Assembly (NCBI GenBank): GCA_965203805.1
Contig: OZ241917.1
Coordinates: 5,504,001-5,568,000, forward strand
Length of the DNA: 64,000 nucleotides
Direction of reading: 5' to 3'
Source of the DNA: Candidatus Latescibacterota bacterium
GTDB taxonomy: Bacteria > Latescibacterota > UBA2968 > GCA-2709665
Part shown: positions 17,502 to 27,728 of the stretch, piece after piece
Layout of the letters: each line of letters starts with the position of its first letter
Position numbering within the stretch: the first letter of the stretch is position 1
Position numbers and translations under genes: made by a program
The notes under the pieces: generated by a model
Seen by the model: only the letters and a program-made list of their open reading frames with translations
The model's database searches: none
Told to the model about the DNA's origin: nothing

Positions 17502-18782
17502 ATGAAAGTCCTGATTGTGGGAAAGGGAGGCCGCGAGCACGCGTTTGCGTGGAAGATCTCCCGGAGTCCGAAGGTAAGCGGCATCTATGCCGCTCCGGGC
17601 AACCCCGGTATGGCAAGACATGCCACCTGCGTGGACATAGGCGTCGACGATCTTGACGGTCTGGTGGAATTCGCACTGCGGGAGCGGATCGATCTGACCG
17701 TGGTCGGGCCGGAGGACCCGCTTGCGGACGGAATTGCAGACCGTTTCGAAGCGGTCGGCCTCCGCGTGTTCGGCCCCTCGCGGCAAGCCGCCCGGATTGA
17801 GGCCGATAAGGATTTCGCGCTCCGCCTGATGCACAAATACGACATTCCAACCGGGCAGTATCGGACGTTTACGGACCCGGATGCCGCGCGCGGGTTCGTC
17901 CGGGATTGGGGGGCGCCGGTGGTGTTGAAAGCATCGGGTCTGGCCGCGGGAAAGGGCGCGCTCGTGTGTGCTTCGGTCGACGAGGCGCTGCGTGCCGTGA
18001 ACCGGGTGATGGTGGACCGGGAATTCGGCGCCGCGGGAGATAAGCTGGTCGTTATGGAATACCTTGCGGGCGAGGAAGCGTCGATTACCGGGTTTACCGA
18101 CGGTGAACACGTGGTGTGCATCGTGCCGTCGCAGGACCACAAGACCATTGGCGAGGGCGATACCGGCCCCAATACCGGCGGGATGGGCGCGTACGCGCCG
18201 GCGCCCGTGGTGACGCGGGAGATGCAGCAGTCCATTCTGGAACGCGTGATGATTCCCACCGTGAAGGCGCTGGCCGCGGAAGGGAGGCCCTACAAGGGGA
18301 TCCTCTATGGCGGCCTGATCATTACGGAGCGCGGCCCCCGGGTCATTGAATTCAACTGCCGCCTGGGCGACCCGGAGGCGCAGGTGGTGCTGCCGCTGCT
18401 CAAGACCGATCTTGTCGATATTATGGTGGCGGTGTCCGACGGCACGCTCGAAGACCTGGAGATCGAACTGGACAGCCGGGCCGCGACCTGCGTCGTTCTG
18501 GCCTCCGGAGGGTATCCCGGCGAGGTTGAAACGGGAGTTGCCATTTCGGGCCTGGACGAGGCGGAGGCACTGGACGACGTGCTGGTGTTTCACGCGGGTA
18601 CGGAGCGGAATGAAGGGACAACGGTGACCGCCGGCGGCAGGGTCCTTGGCGTTACGGCCATCGGGGAGGACATTCGCGATTCGGTCCATCGTGCTTACGA
18701 GGCGGTCGCGAAGATAGAGTTCGACAATGCAACCTACCGGAGGGACATCGGATACCGCGCGTTGGCGCGACAGGAGGTGTGA
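17502..18782 (+). CDS. purD: Phosphoribosylamine--glycine ligase
   Basis: GKGGREHA, GLAAGKG, QDHK, GPNTGGMGAY, EFNCRLGDPE. Confidence 0.96.
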   Translation: MKVLIVGKGGREHAFAWKISRSPKVSGIYAAPGNPGMARHATCVDIGVDDLDGLVEFALRERIDLTVVGPEDPLADGIADRFEAVGLRVFGPSRQAARIEADKDFALRLMHKYDIPTGQYRTFTDPDAARGFVRDWGAPVVLKASGLAAGKGALVCASVDEALRAVNRVMVDREFGAAGDKLVVMEYLAGEEASITGFTDGEHVVCIVPSQDHKTIGEGDTGPNTGGMGAYAPAPVVTREMQQSILERVMIPTVKALAAEGRPYKGILYGGLIITERGPRVIEFNCRLGDPEAQVVLPLLKTDLVDIMVAVSDGTLEDLEIELDSRAATCVVLASGGYPGEVETGVAISGLDEAEALDDVLVFHAGTERNEGTTVTAGGRVLGVTAIGEDIRDSVHRAYEAVAKIEFDNATYRRDIGYRALARQEV

Positions 18783-18794
18783 GATCTCCGGTCC

Positions 18795-19052
18795 GACGTT
18801 TCGGCGGATTTTCTGACCGATGCGTTCAGGGCGCAGGCGTTGCGGATCATGGGATATCGAACGGACGTCGTGGAGTTCGTGGATCCGGATCGCACCGCGA
18901 AAAACCTCATGATTCGCGCATTGAAGACGTCGCCCCCCGGCGACGCGGAGGCTGTGGATTCCTATCGGAAACTGAAGGCATTCTGGAACGTCTCGCCGAG
19001 CATCGAACGGCTGCTCGGCAAGCCGTTCACGCGGATGGTGGAAGCTGTCTGA
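18795..19052 (+). pseudogene. C-terminal remnant of a SAM-dependent methyltransferase-like gene
   Basis: DFLTDAFRAQALRIMGYRTDVVEFVDPDRTAKNLMIRA resembles the C-terminus of Methyltransf_32-type proteins; there is no room for an N-terminus after the purD stop. Confidence 0.6.
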
Positions 19053-19124
19053 GGCGCCGGCGCCGCGATGGAATTGTGAAACCGGCAGCGAGTCGTTCAA
19101 ACGTCACAGAGGAGGAAGAGGATT

Positions 19125-19571
19125 GTGGTAGGCATAATTATGGGCAGCAAGTCCGACGAACAGATCATGCAGAAGGCAATACCCATGTTGGAAGAATTCG
19201 GTATACCGTACGAGATGACGGTGTCGTCCGCGCATCGGAACCCCGAACGGACGGGCGAGTATGCGCGCACCGCCGAGGCGCGCGGTCTCAAAGTCATTAT
19301 CGCCGGGGCGGGCCTGGCGGCTGCGCTGCCCGGCGTGATGGCGGCGCATTCCACGTTGCCCGTAATCGGAGTGCCGGTCGCCTCCGGGGCGCTGAACGGG
19401 ATCGATTCGCTGTACGCGATCGTACAGATGCCGCCGGGAGTGCCCGTGGCCTGCGTGGGGATCGACAACGCGAGAAACGCCGCCGTGCTTGCCGCGCAGA
19501 TCATCGCGCAGACGGACGCGGGCGTCAAGGAAAAACTGGACGCCTACAAGAAGGCCCTCGCGGAGGGGTAG
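19125..19571 (+). CDS. purE: N5-CAIR mutase
   Basis: [43 protein letters not shown]. Confidence 0.96.
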   Translation: MVGIIMGSKSDEQIMQKAIPMLEEFGIPYEMTVSSAHRNPERTGEYARTAEARGLKVIIAGAGLAAALPGVMAAHSTLPVIGVPVASGALNGIDSLYAIVQMPPGVPVACVGIDNARNAAVLAAQIIAQTDAGVKEKLDAYKKALAEG

Positions 19572-19657
19572 GTTCGGATATCGACCGATTGGAGATTGGA
19601 GGCGCATGCCGTGAGGGATGCGCCTTTTCTCTTTGGGAGCGATCGGGCCGGGCGGAG

Positions 19658-20785
19658 TCAGGCAGGGGATGTCAGTCGGGAGGCGGCGGTCATTTCCCGC
19701 ACCACCGACCGGGCATCGCCGGTCCTGTTCAGGATTTCCACCTGCCGCTGGGCCCAGGTCGGCCTGGCGGCAAGGTCCAGATTCCTCTCCAGATAGGAAA
19801 CGCAATCCAGGTCATCGGCCGTCGGTTTCAGCTGATCCACGAGGCGCCTGACCATTTCCCGCGCCGGCTGCAACTGGTAGGTATCGGAGTCGACGAGTTG
19901 GGCATCGAGCCCGTAACGGGCGGCGCGCCACTTGTTCTGCCGGATGAGCATCGGGTGGCAGTCGTGCTGATAGGCGCCGTGGTCGATGTGGTCGGAGAGG
20001 TATTTTACAAGGGACTGGATCAGGGCGACCAGGCCCAGGGTATCGTGGAAGTTGCCTGGAATGTCGCAGATGCGGATCTCGACCGTACCGAATTTGTTGT
20101 GGGGTCGGACGTCCCACCAGATTTCCCGGATGGTCTCGATATAGCCGGTTTCCACGAGGTGGTTCACCAGCCAGACGTATTCACTCCAGTTGCGCATCAG
20201 CGGCGGCAGCCCGGCGGTGGGCAGACCGTCCATGATCTTGGACCGCCAGGAGCAGACCCCGGTATTCCGGCCCTCCCAGAAGGGACTGTTGCAGCTCGAC
20301 GCCAGAAGGAGCGGCATGTAACGCAGGATGAATTCGCAGATCATGACCGCCTTGTCGCCGCTGTCCACGCCCACGTGCACGTGCAGCCCGAACGTGACCA
20401 GCTGGCGCGCCGTGTCCTGCAGGAGGTCCACCAGGCCGGCGTATCGCTTGTTGGGCGTGATCTCTTGGTCTCGCCACGTCGAAAACGGATGGGTTGCAGA
20501 CCAGAAGAGTCTCACGTCCTCCCGATCGGCGACGGCCTCGAGCGCGCGCAATTTCTCCCTGAGATCGGCTTCGACCTCCTTGAGGTTCATGCAGACGTCG
20601 GAGTTGATCTCCACGTAACACTGCATCAACTCAGGCTTGATCGTTCCCTCGAGTTGGGGCGGGACCCGCGCGATGAGCCCCTGGCTGGCGCTGCGCAGGG
20701 CCATCGTGCGAGAGTCCACGAGCGCAAGCTCGATCTCCACGCCGACCGTGGGTTCCAGGCTGGGGTTGAACTCCATTCGGCTCAT
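19658..20785 (-). CDS. YbdK-family carboxylate-amine ligase (GCS2)
   Basis: TVGVEIEL, PELMQCYVEI, FGLHVHVG, WWDVRP, GTVEIRICD, NKWRAARYG. Confidence 0.92.
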   Translation of the reverse strand: MSRMEFNPSLEPTVGVEIELALVDSRTMALRSASQGLIARVPPQLEGTIKPELMQCYVEINSDVCMNLKEVEADLREKLRALEAVADREDVRLFWSATHPFSTWRDQEITPNKRYAGLVDLLQDTARQLVTFGLHVHVGVDSGDKAVMICEFILRYMPLLLASSCNSPFWEGRNTGVCSWRSKIMDGLPTAGLPPLMRNWSEYVWLVNHLVETGYIETIREIWWDVRPHNKFGTVEIRICDIPGNFHDTLGLVALIQSLVKYLSDHIDHGAYQHDCHPMLIRQNKWRAARYGLDAQLVDSDTYQLQPAREMVRRLVDQLKPTADDLDCVSYLERNLDLAARPTWAQRQVEILNRTGDARSVVREMTAASRLTSPA

Positions 20786-22026
20786 TGATCTGCCTCTTTG
20801 TCGTGAGTTTTCGGTTCCGACCATGACACGACCGCGCGCGCCAGAATCTTCGCGCCGATGCCCAGGGCGCGTTCGTCGATGTCGAAGTCCGGCGAATGCA
20901 GGCCGGTCACCGGCGCTCCGGGAGCCGAGCATCCGAGGCGAAACAGGCTGCCCGGCACGCGGTTGAGATAGTGGGCGAAATCATCGCCTCCCATGCTGGG
21001 CTGCCCGATGCGCTGGACCCGGTCGGGCCCGAGCAGATCGGCCGCGCATTCCCGGATCAGATCGGTCAGCCCCGGATCGTTCACGACCGATGGGGGCCCC
21101 GACCTGAACGTGATGTCGATTTCCGTGCCGGACGCGCGCGAAACCCCCGCCCCGACCTCCCGCACGCGTTCCAGCGCCCGGCGACGCGCTTCTTTGTCGA
21201 GGCTGCGTACGGTGCCCTTGAGCACCGCACGGTCGGGAATCGCATTGTAACGGGTTCCGGCTGTTACGGAGCCGACCGTAAGTACCACGGTATGCCGCGG
21301 ATCGAGCGACCTCGGCACAGCCACGTAGAACGCGTTGATCAACTGCGCCGCCGCGGCAATGGGGTCCCTGGACTCATAGGGTCTTGCGGCGTGGCCGCCG
21401 CTGCCCCGGACGAGCACGTGCATCTCGTCGCAATGCGCGGTCATGACGCCGGATCGATGCCCGATGGTTCCCGCGGGACGCGACGGGTCCACGTGGAGCG
21501 CCAGCATCGCGTTGACGCCGTCGAGCGCGCCGGCTTCGATCATTTCCAGCGCGCCCTGGTTGGTCTCTTCGGCCGGCTGAAAGACCGCCCGCCAGGAAAC
21601 GGGCCAGGGCAGTGTTCCGGATTCTCCGGCGGCGTGGAGCGCCAGCGCGGCCCCCAGCACCGCTGCGGCGTGGGCGTCGTGGCCGCAGGCGTGCATCGCT
21701 CCGCGCACACTGCTGCGATAGTCGACGGCTTTGGCGTCCTGTATGGGGAGCGCGTCCAGGTCGGCCCTCACGGCGATTCTGGGCCCGGACCCGTTCCCGG
21801 GGGACTCGGCGATCACCCCGCGGCCGGCGGGGCCCGTGCGGACGTGGAAGCCGCCGGACACCAACTGCGCTTCCAGATACCGGGTGGTCTCCGTTTCCTC
21901 GCCGCTTACCTCGGGATGGGTATGGAGATGCCGCCTGGTCTGCACCATGCGGTCCCGCAACGCATCGACGGTACGGTCGAGTTGCGTGATCCATTCTTTC
22001 TGATCTGACATTGACGACGTGTTCAT
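20782..22026 (-). CDS. M20 amidohydrolase (start uncertain, 22011-22053)
   Basis: RRHLHTHPE, RADLDALP, MHACGHDAH, FQPAEE, MGGDDF, LHSPDF; stop overlaps the ybdK start (ATGA). Confidence 0.92.
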   Translation of the reverse strand: MNTSSMSDQKEWITQLDRTVDALRDRMVQTRRHLHTHPEVSGEETETTRYLEAQLVSGGFHVRTGPAGRGVIAESPGNGSGPRIAVRADLDALPIQDAKAVDYRSSVRGAMHACGHDAHAAAVLGAALALHAAGESGTLPWPVSWRAVFQPAEETNQGALEMIEAGALDGVNAMLALHVDPSRPAGTIGHRSGVMTAHCDEMHVLVRGSGGHAARPYESRDPIAAAAQLINAFYVAVPRSLDPRHTVVLTVGSVTAGTRYNAIPDRAVLKGTVRSLDKEARRRALERVREVGAGVSRASGTEIDITFRSGPPSVVNDPGLTDLIRECAADLLGPDRVQRIGQPSMGGDDFAHYLNRVPGSLFRLGCSAPGAPVTGLHSPDFDIDERALGIGAKILARAVVSWSEPKTHDKEADQ

Positions 22027-22125
22027 CCCGAAAGTAGCTGAAAGGAATTTCAAAAGGGCGTTGGGCGCTATCGTCGAACTTCATCCAGGGACGAGTCCGC
22101 CCCGCAAGCGCTATCCGGCCCGTGT

Positions 22126-24600
22126 CTACCGACCGAAATGATTGGCGAACAGGATAAAGTCGGCGAAGTCGACGGCGCCGTTGGCGTTCAGGTCGAAGCG
22201 GAGGTCGCTGCCGCCGAAGGCCCTAGCGAAGAGCACAAAATCGGCGAATCCGACCTCGCCGTCACCGTCGAAGTCGGGTGTGGCCTCTATGGTGGCGGTG
22301 AAATGCACGGCGTCGAGCCCCCGGACTTTCGCCGCAACCTTGATTGGGCCGGGTTCGCCCCCTAAAATCAGCGTGGTTGCGGCCCGACCCGATGAATCGG
22401 TAGTAACATCCGACATGGCAAGCGTGCCGCTTCCCTCGGTGACGGAGAAGGTGACGTGAGATCCTGCCAACGGTTCACCATACTGGTCTCTTACCTGGAC
22501 GATCAGGGCGTCGGAAAGGCGCGCGCCAGGAATGTCCCTTTGTACGTCGCCCGCGACGACCGCCAATTCGCGAGGCCGAGGCTGCCATTCGACGGCATCC
22601 CACAGCTCAACTCCGTACGGCGATCCGGAGGCAAGGGTGTTTCCATCGGGAGAAAACACAACGACGTCGACTATTCCCCGGTGCGCGAGGGCGTCGACCT
22701 GCGTTCGAGTCCCTACGTGCCATAGCTTTACAACCTCACCCGAGGCGCAGGCGAGAATAACCCCATCGGGTGAGAACGCCATGGAACTGCCGCCTCGTAT
22801 GTTCTCGATTGTGCCGACGTGGCGCAACGTCTTCACATCCCAAAGCTTGACGAGGCCGTCCCATCCCGCCTTGGTGGCAAGGGTGCCGCCATAAAGTGTC
22901 GAGGAGGCTACGGCGCCGACCCAACCATCATGTCCTTCCCAGTCGGCGATCCGTTTCCCGGTTGACGCGTCCCACAGATAAAGCGTGCCGTCAGTCGAGC
23001 CTGATGCCAGACGTGCGCCATCGGGCGAGAAGGACACGGACGTCACCCTTGAGTCATGTTCGAGTTCGGCGTAATCTGCTCCCGTTGCGATATTCCACAG
23101 CTTTACCGTTTTGTTCCCGGACAGCACCGCCAGTGTCCCGCCACCAGGCGGCAGGAAGGCCACGTATCTGAAACGGTAGTCCCCCGGTTGTACATTAATG
23201 GTGGCGGTATTGGATCCCGTGGAAAGGTCCCACAGTTTGGCCGTACCGTTGTGCTCGGTGGCAAGCGTGGCGCCGTCCGGCGAGATCGCCACTGAGAAGG
23301 CCGTGGATTCACGCCCGAATCTCGCGATGATCTGTTGGTTCCGCAAGTCCCAGAACCTGACCGGGGAATTCAAGGCCCCCGAGACCAGTGCCGGCCGGGA
23401 CGGAGAGAACGCCAGGGAGGTGACTCCGGGTTCGTCCAGGGTGGCGACGTGGCGTTCCGAAAGCTGATACATTGGAATATACAGGCGACCTATCCTCCCG
23501 GACGTGTCGACGGCCCATACGTGCATCCGATGCACGATGGGGTCGGCGAGACTCGAGCGGTTATCGGAGGGGATGACGCCGTCGTAGTCGAATTCTACGA
23601 ACGCGGTGCGTTCGCCCGAAAAGGATCGACACGCCTTTACCTCCCGGTGACCCGCGGCGAAATGCGGAAGTCCAGACGTTGCGAAAAGGAATACCTGATG
23701 AAGTCCTCTTGCGTCTTCGATTCTGACCTGGATAGGAATGCTCTTTGAATCGGCAGCATAGCCAAGTGGTGATAATAGTTCGAAGGACGATAAAGATGAT
23801 CCTTTGGCTTCCGGGATGCTGTCGTCTAAAAAAGGGTGGACGGACAGAAACTCAGCTGCGCACGCGGATAGCCTCCGCCGGTTGCCCCCGCCGTAGGACA
23901 TGATGAACTCGTCGTCTCTGAAGTCGTGCTCCAGTCCGAAGGTGTGGCCGAGTTCGTGGGCAATCGTTGTCCATGAAAAAGAACCCGGTACCAAGACCCA
24001 TCCACCTTCTGCGGTCCGCGAGGCTACAGCGCCCGCCGGCCCGCCAAGGGTCGGTATTGTCTGGGCGCTCAAATCAATGACATTGATCTCAATTCGCGCT
24101 CTTCCTGCAGACCGCCAGATTTCTCCTACTGCGCCGCCTCCATTCAGATAGTGCACATCCGCGTGTTCCCCGACCACATCGCGAACCAGCGGTTCACCCT
24201 GGCGATCGGTTTCAAATCGAAACGTCCGATTCCCGTAGCCGTGCCTTTGCATCTCTGCCGCGAAAAATCCCTGAATCTGCTGGATCGTTTTCTTCATTGA
24301 GTCTACGACTTCGGCGCGAAAGGGACGGTCATTGGGCCGGAAATAGACCATTCGCACCGTCCGAGGGGCGTCCGCATTCAGAAAGACCGGCTTTGCGGCG
24401 GCGCCAGCGATGAGGTTCGGATCTTCCCGGGACTCGACTAACCGACAAAATGCCACGTCCTCCGCACCTGCAGGATTCGTAGTGGCGTATCCGGGCGGAA
24501 TCGAAGCCAGGAAAATGCCGGCAAGTGTAAGACAGCAGGCGGTCCGAAGCAACGCCCGATGGTTGATCGCCTGTCTCACAGTCGCAAACACCGTTTGCAA
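22126..24600 (-). CDS. Secreted protein: metzincin protease + WD40 repeats + Ig-like (Big_1) domain + dockerin/EF-hand-like tail
   Basis: Signal-like N-terminus; HELGHTFGLEH with Met-turn FIMSY; several FSPDG..LASG...LWD repeats; VQVRDQYG...TTDSSGRA; DFDGDGEVGFADF and DLNANGAVDFADF. Confidence 0.85.
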   Translation of the reverse strand: MQTVFATVRQAINHRALLRTACCLTLAGIFLASIPPGYATTNPAGAEDVAFCRLVESREDPNLIAGAAAKPVFLNADAPRTVRMVYFRPNDRPFRAEVVDSMKKTIQQIQGFFAAEMQRHGYGNRTFRFETDRQGEPLVRDVVGEHADVHYLNGGGAVGEIWRSAGRARIEINVIDLSAQTIPTLGGPAGAVASRTAEGGWVLVPGSFSWTTIAHELGHTFGLEHDFRDDEFIMSYGGGNRRRLSACAAEFLSVHPFLDDSIPEAKGSSLSSFELLSPLGYAADSKSIPIQVRIEDARGLHQVFLFATSGLPHFAAGHREVKACRSFSGERTAFVEFDYDGVIPSDNRSSLADPIVHRMHVWAVDTSGRIGRLYIPMYQLSERHVATLDEPGVTSLAFSPSRPALVSGALNSPVRFWDLRNQQIIARFGRESTAFSVAISPDGATLATEHNGTAKLWDLSTGSNTATINVQPGDYRFRYVAFLPPGGGTLAVLSGNKTVKLWNIATGADYAELEHDSRVTSVSFSPDGARLASGSTDGTLYLWDASTGKRIADWEGHDGWVGAVASSTLYGGTLATKAGWDGLVKLWDVKTLRHVGTIENIRGGSSMAFSPDGVILACASGEVVKLWHVGTRTQVDALAHRGIVDVVVFSPDGNTLASGSPYGVELWDAVEWQPRPRELAVVAGDVQRDIPGARLSDALIVQVRDQYGEPLAGSHVTFSVTEGSGTLAMSDVTTDSSGRAATTLILGGEPGPIKVAAKVRGLDAVHFTATIEATPDFDGDGEVGFADFVLFARAFGGSDLRFDLNANGAVDFADFILFANHFGR

Positions 24601-24818
24601 AGTGCTTACCCTCGTTGCCTTGTGGCTGGCGCGCGATCGGGCCCGGCCACAAGACGGATAAGATCGTGCAATGAAACGTGGGGATGTCCCTCAAGGCAGG
24701 ATTGCCGCACCAAAGCGTCGAGCGCGAATCGCCCTTCAAATATCACTTCAGGGCAAATTGACCGCGGCCGAGTATGACCAGGTCTGGCGTTTCCAGTTCT
24801 GCCGAGTTTCCCGATAGA

Positions 24819-26759
24819 CTACCCCGCGACCTCTCTGGCGATGGCGACGCATTTGGCGGCGAAGGTGTCGTAGGCGGCCTGGAACTCGGCACTGGTTTTC
24901 TGCACGGAACCGAATTCCGGCCAGTCTCCGGGTTCCAGGCCCCGGGTCTGCCAGCCGGCAACGTCGATGCCGACGACGTTCTGCAGGAAGTCCTTGAGGG
25001 ACGGCGTGAGGTCGTACCCGCGGCAGAAATCGGGAAGTTCGCGCAGGCGCAGGTCCACGCCGGGCTCGTAGGAATCCAGCACCGCGTCACGGAAGTCCTC
25101 GAGGATGAAGCCGTCGGCTTCGGAGGCCATCTGAACGGCGCGCGCGTGGTTCGGAAATTCGGTGTTGCACATGTTGGACGCGCCCAGCGTGTGGAAGGAG
25201 TCTTCGGGAATGCGTTTGGAAGCGGGAAGGACGTCCATGGAATCCACGATCCACGTTGCCTGGTCGTCCGTGACGCCGAAGGTCCCGCGTAGATGGGCGA
25301 CCCACTTCGGCCGGTTCTCCGGGCTGAAGAAGACCCAGTAGACGCGGCGCGCCACCAGGGTGCCCGCTTTCTTCAGATCTTCTTCCAGCAGCAGGATCGC
25401 GTCCGCGGACTGGCCGGCGGCTTCGGCGGCCTCCAGGACGACGGGGTGATCGAGTGATTTGAGATTTGCGTAAGCGCAGACGGCCCCGGCCCTGTCTGAC
25501 AAAGACCCGTTCGACGCATCTCCGACTCCCAGGTCGTCCGCGAGGGCGCTAAGGAGTTCGCTCGCCCTGCCTTCGCCCGCCTTTGCCGCGGCGTTCAGGA
25601 AGATCTTCTCGGCTTCGACCTCCCGAAGGTGACTTACGAACCGGCCGCCCATGTTGGTTTCGTAGGTGCGCACGACCTGTTCACCCGCCTTTGCGGCCCG
25701 AGCCTTGCCCTCGAACGCATCCAGGATCAACTGGACTTCCTGGGCCACGGTGTAGACCACGGTATTGTTGGAACCGATGGCATTGCCGTTGAGCGTCGTC
25801 GTTATCTTTCGGGCGGCCTCGTGGCTGGCGGCGACTTTGAAGACGATGTTCGGGTTCACCCGGCCGGAGCGCTCGCCCAGGCCCAGCAGGCGGTCGTATC
25901 CTTCGAGGAAGTCGGCGGCCAGCCCGTACGCGTTTCCCGCATCCTCGATACTCGCGTCGGCCCGATCGGCGATGTTGGGATTGAGCTGGAAGCTGACCAT
26001 ATAGTCCTTGAGGTCCGTATGCACCGCGAGCGGCCGGAAGATGGACAGGTTGGGCCAGAGGGCGATGAGGGTGGCCGCCATGGCGATTTCATCTGCATGG
26101 CGCTCGGGATTCTCCATCCAGTTGTCGTGTTTCTCCACTTCGTCCTTGAGTTGATCGGCAAGCGAACCGTCTTCGTCGAATGCCTTGGCCGCCAATACAG
26201 GGTTGGTGGAGACCTGGCAAAACCCGTAGTGGCGGAGGTATTCCAGGCCTCGCGCGAAATCATTGCCGAATTTGCAAAAGTCGTCGCCGATCATTTCCCA
26301 GTAGACGCCGCTGCGCATCTGCCGTTTGAGCAGCGTCAGAAATGAGCCGCCCGGGGTTGCCGGTTTCAGGTCCGCTTCAATGCGTTCCGCGAGGAGGCCG
26401 GAGAGGCTGTCGCTCCCGTTGACGGACTTCATGTCGGCCAGGAATTCAGCAACGACGTCCGCCATGACGGCCCCTTCGAGATCGTCGACGGCGGATAGAA
26501 CCTGCTCGAGCGCCCCGTCGGCCTCGTCCGCCCCGTACCCCACGATCTCGGCGTCGCGCCCCACGAAGTTCATGCCGAGCCGGATCAGGGTTCGGCACAC
26601 GCCGTCGGCCGGGCAATCGTTGTTCTGAATCGCCGACAGGAGTTCGTCCACGCGGGTGTTCAGCGTGCCGGGCTGCGGATCGATGAGAATCCGGTCGGCG
26701 GCGGCGAGTGTATGCCCATTCTCGATGGCTTCCGCCACAGCTGAAGCGTCGATTGCCAT
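24819..26759 (-). CDS. Long transaldolase-family protein
   Basis: QVSTNPVL, SFQLNP, NIVFKV (Schiff-base Lys), NNTVVYTVAQ, GGRF. Confidence 0.75.
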   Translation of the reverse strand: MAIDASAVAEAIENGHTLAAADRILIDPQPGTLNTRVDELLSAIQNNDCPADGVCRTLIRLGMNFVGRDAEIVGYGADEADGALEQVLSAVDDLEGAVMADVVAEFLADMKSVNGSDSLSGLLAERIEADLKPATPGGSFLTLLKRQMRSGVYWEMIGDDFCKFGNDFARGLEYLRHYGFCQVSTNPVLAAKAFDEDGSLADQLKDEVEKHDNWMENPERHADEIAMAATLIALWPNLSIFRPLAVHTDLKDYMVSFQLNPNIADRADASIEDAGNAYGLAADFLEGYDRLLGLGERSGRVNPNIVFKVAASHEAARKITTTLNGNAIGSNNTVVYTVAQEVQLILDAFEGKARAAKAGEQVVRTYETNMGGRFVSHLREVEAEKIFLNAAAKAGEGRASELLSALADDLGVGDASNGSLSDRAGAVCAYANLKSLDHPVVLEAAEAAGQSADAILLLEEDLKKAGTLVARRVYWVFFSPENRPKWVAHLRGTFGVTDDQATWIVDSMDVLPASKRIPEDSFHTLGASNMCNTEFPNHARAVQMASEADGFILEDFRDAVLDSYEPGVDLRLRELPDFCRGYDLTPSLKDFLQNVVGIDVAGWQTRGLEPGDWPEFGSVQKTSAEFQAAYDTFAAKCVAIAREVAG

Positions 26760-26883
26760 TCCGGGCCTCCCTTCACATTACATAAGGTGCTCGATTGTTC
26801 CCGCTGCGTTTCATGTCTGTCGTCTTGCGCATCGGCGTTAACGCCGGCGAGCCGTCCGGTACCCGCCTGCCTCGCGAGATTCC

Positions 26884-27690
26884 TTACTCGATGCCCAGCA
26901 CGTCCCGCATGGTGAACATTCCCGGGGGCGCGTTCACGACAAACCGGATGGCCTCGAGGACACCCACGCCGTAGGAATCCCGGCTCTGCGCGCGGTGAAC
27001 CAGCTGGAAGATTTCGCCCGTGCCGCCGAAGATGACGGTATGCTCCCCGGCCAGGTCCCCGGCGCGGATGGCGTGGATGCCGATTTCATCCCCCGTGCGG
27101 GCGCCCACTTCTCCGTGGCGTCCGAAAAGGGCCACGTCCTCCAGGTTTCGACCCAGGCCAGTTGCCGCTGCCTTCGCCAGCGCGAGGGCGGTTCCGCTGG
27201 GCGCGTCGGTCTTGAAATGGTGATGCGCCTCGACGATTTCCACGTCGTACCCCCGGCCCATCATGCGCGCGGCGTCTTCGACGAGTTTCGTGAGTACGGT
27301 CACGCCGATGCTGAAGCTTGGCGCAAAGACGCAGGCGACGTCCCCAAGTGCCATTTCGAATTCGGCAAGTTGCTCTGGCGACATGCCCGTGGTGCCCACC
27401 ACCATGGGCCTGCCCGCTTTCCCGGCGATCCTTGCGGCGTCCAGCGTGCCGTCAGGGGGCGCGGTAAAGGCGACGACCACGTCGGCATTTTCGACAACGG
27501 ATTCCGGGCTGTCGACAACGTGGTGACCGGTGCGCGCGGTTCCCAGGATCTCGCCGATATCTCGTCCGATGGCCGGGTTGCCGGGTGCCTCCACCCCGCC
27601 GACGACTTCGAGGTCGACGGACTCCATGGCAAGATGGGCGATGCGCCCGCACATGCGTCCCGCGATGCCGCAGATAACCAGGTTTGTCAT
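26884..27690 (-). CDS. dapB: 4-hydroxy-tetrahydrodipicolinate reductase
   Basis: GIAGRM, VVGTTG, EAHHHFKTDAPSGTA, GEHTVIF. Confidence 0.95.
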   Translation of the reverse strand: MTNLVICGIAGRMCGRIAHLAMESVDLEVVGGVEAPGNPAIGRDIGEILGTARTGHHVVDSPESVVENADVVVAFTAPPDGTLDAARIAGKAGRPMVVGTTGMSPEQLAEFEMALGDVACVFAPSFSIGVTVLTKLVEDAARMMGRGYDVEIVEAHHHFKTDAPSGTALALAKAAATGLGRNLEDVALFGRHGEVGARTGDEIGIHAIRAGDLAGEHTVIFGGTGEIFQLVHRAQSRDSYGVGVLEAIRFVVNAPPGMFTMRDVLGIE

Positions 27691-27728
27691 TTGGGTTCTC
27701 CGGGTGGTTTGCCTGCGCTCCCGGTTCT

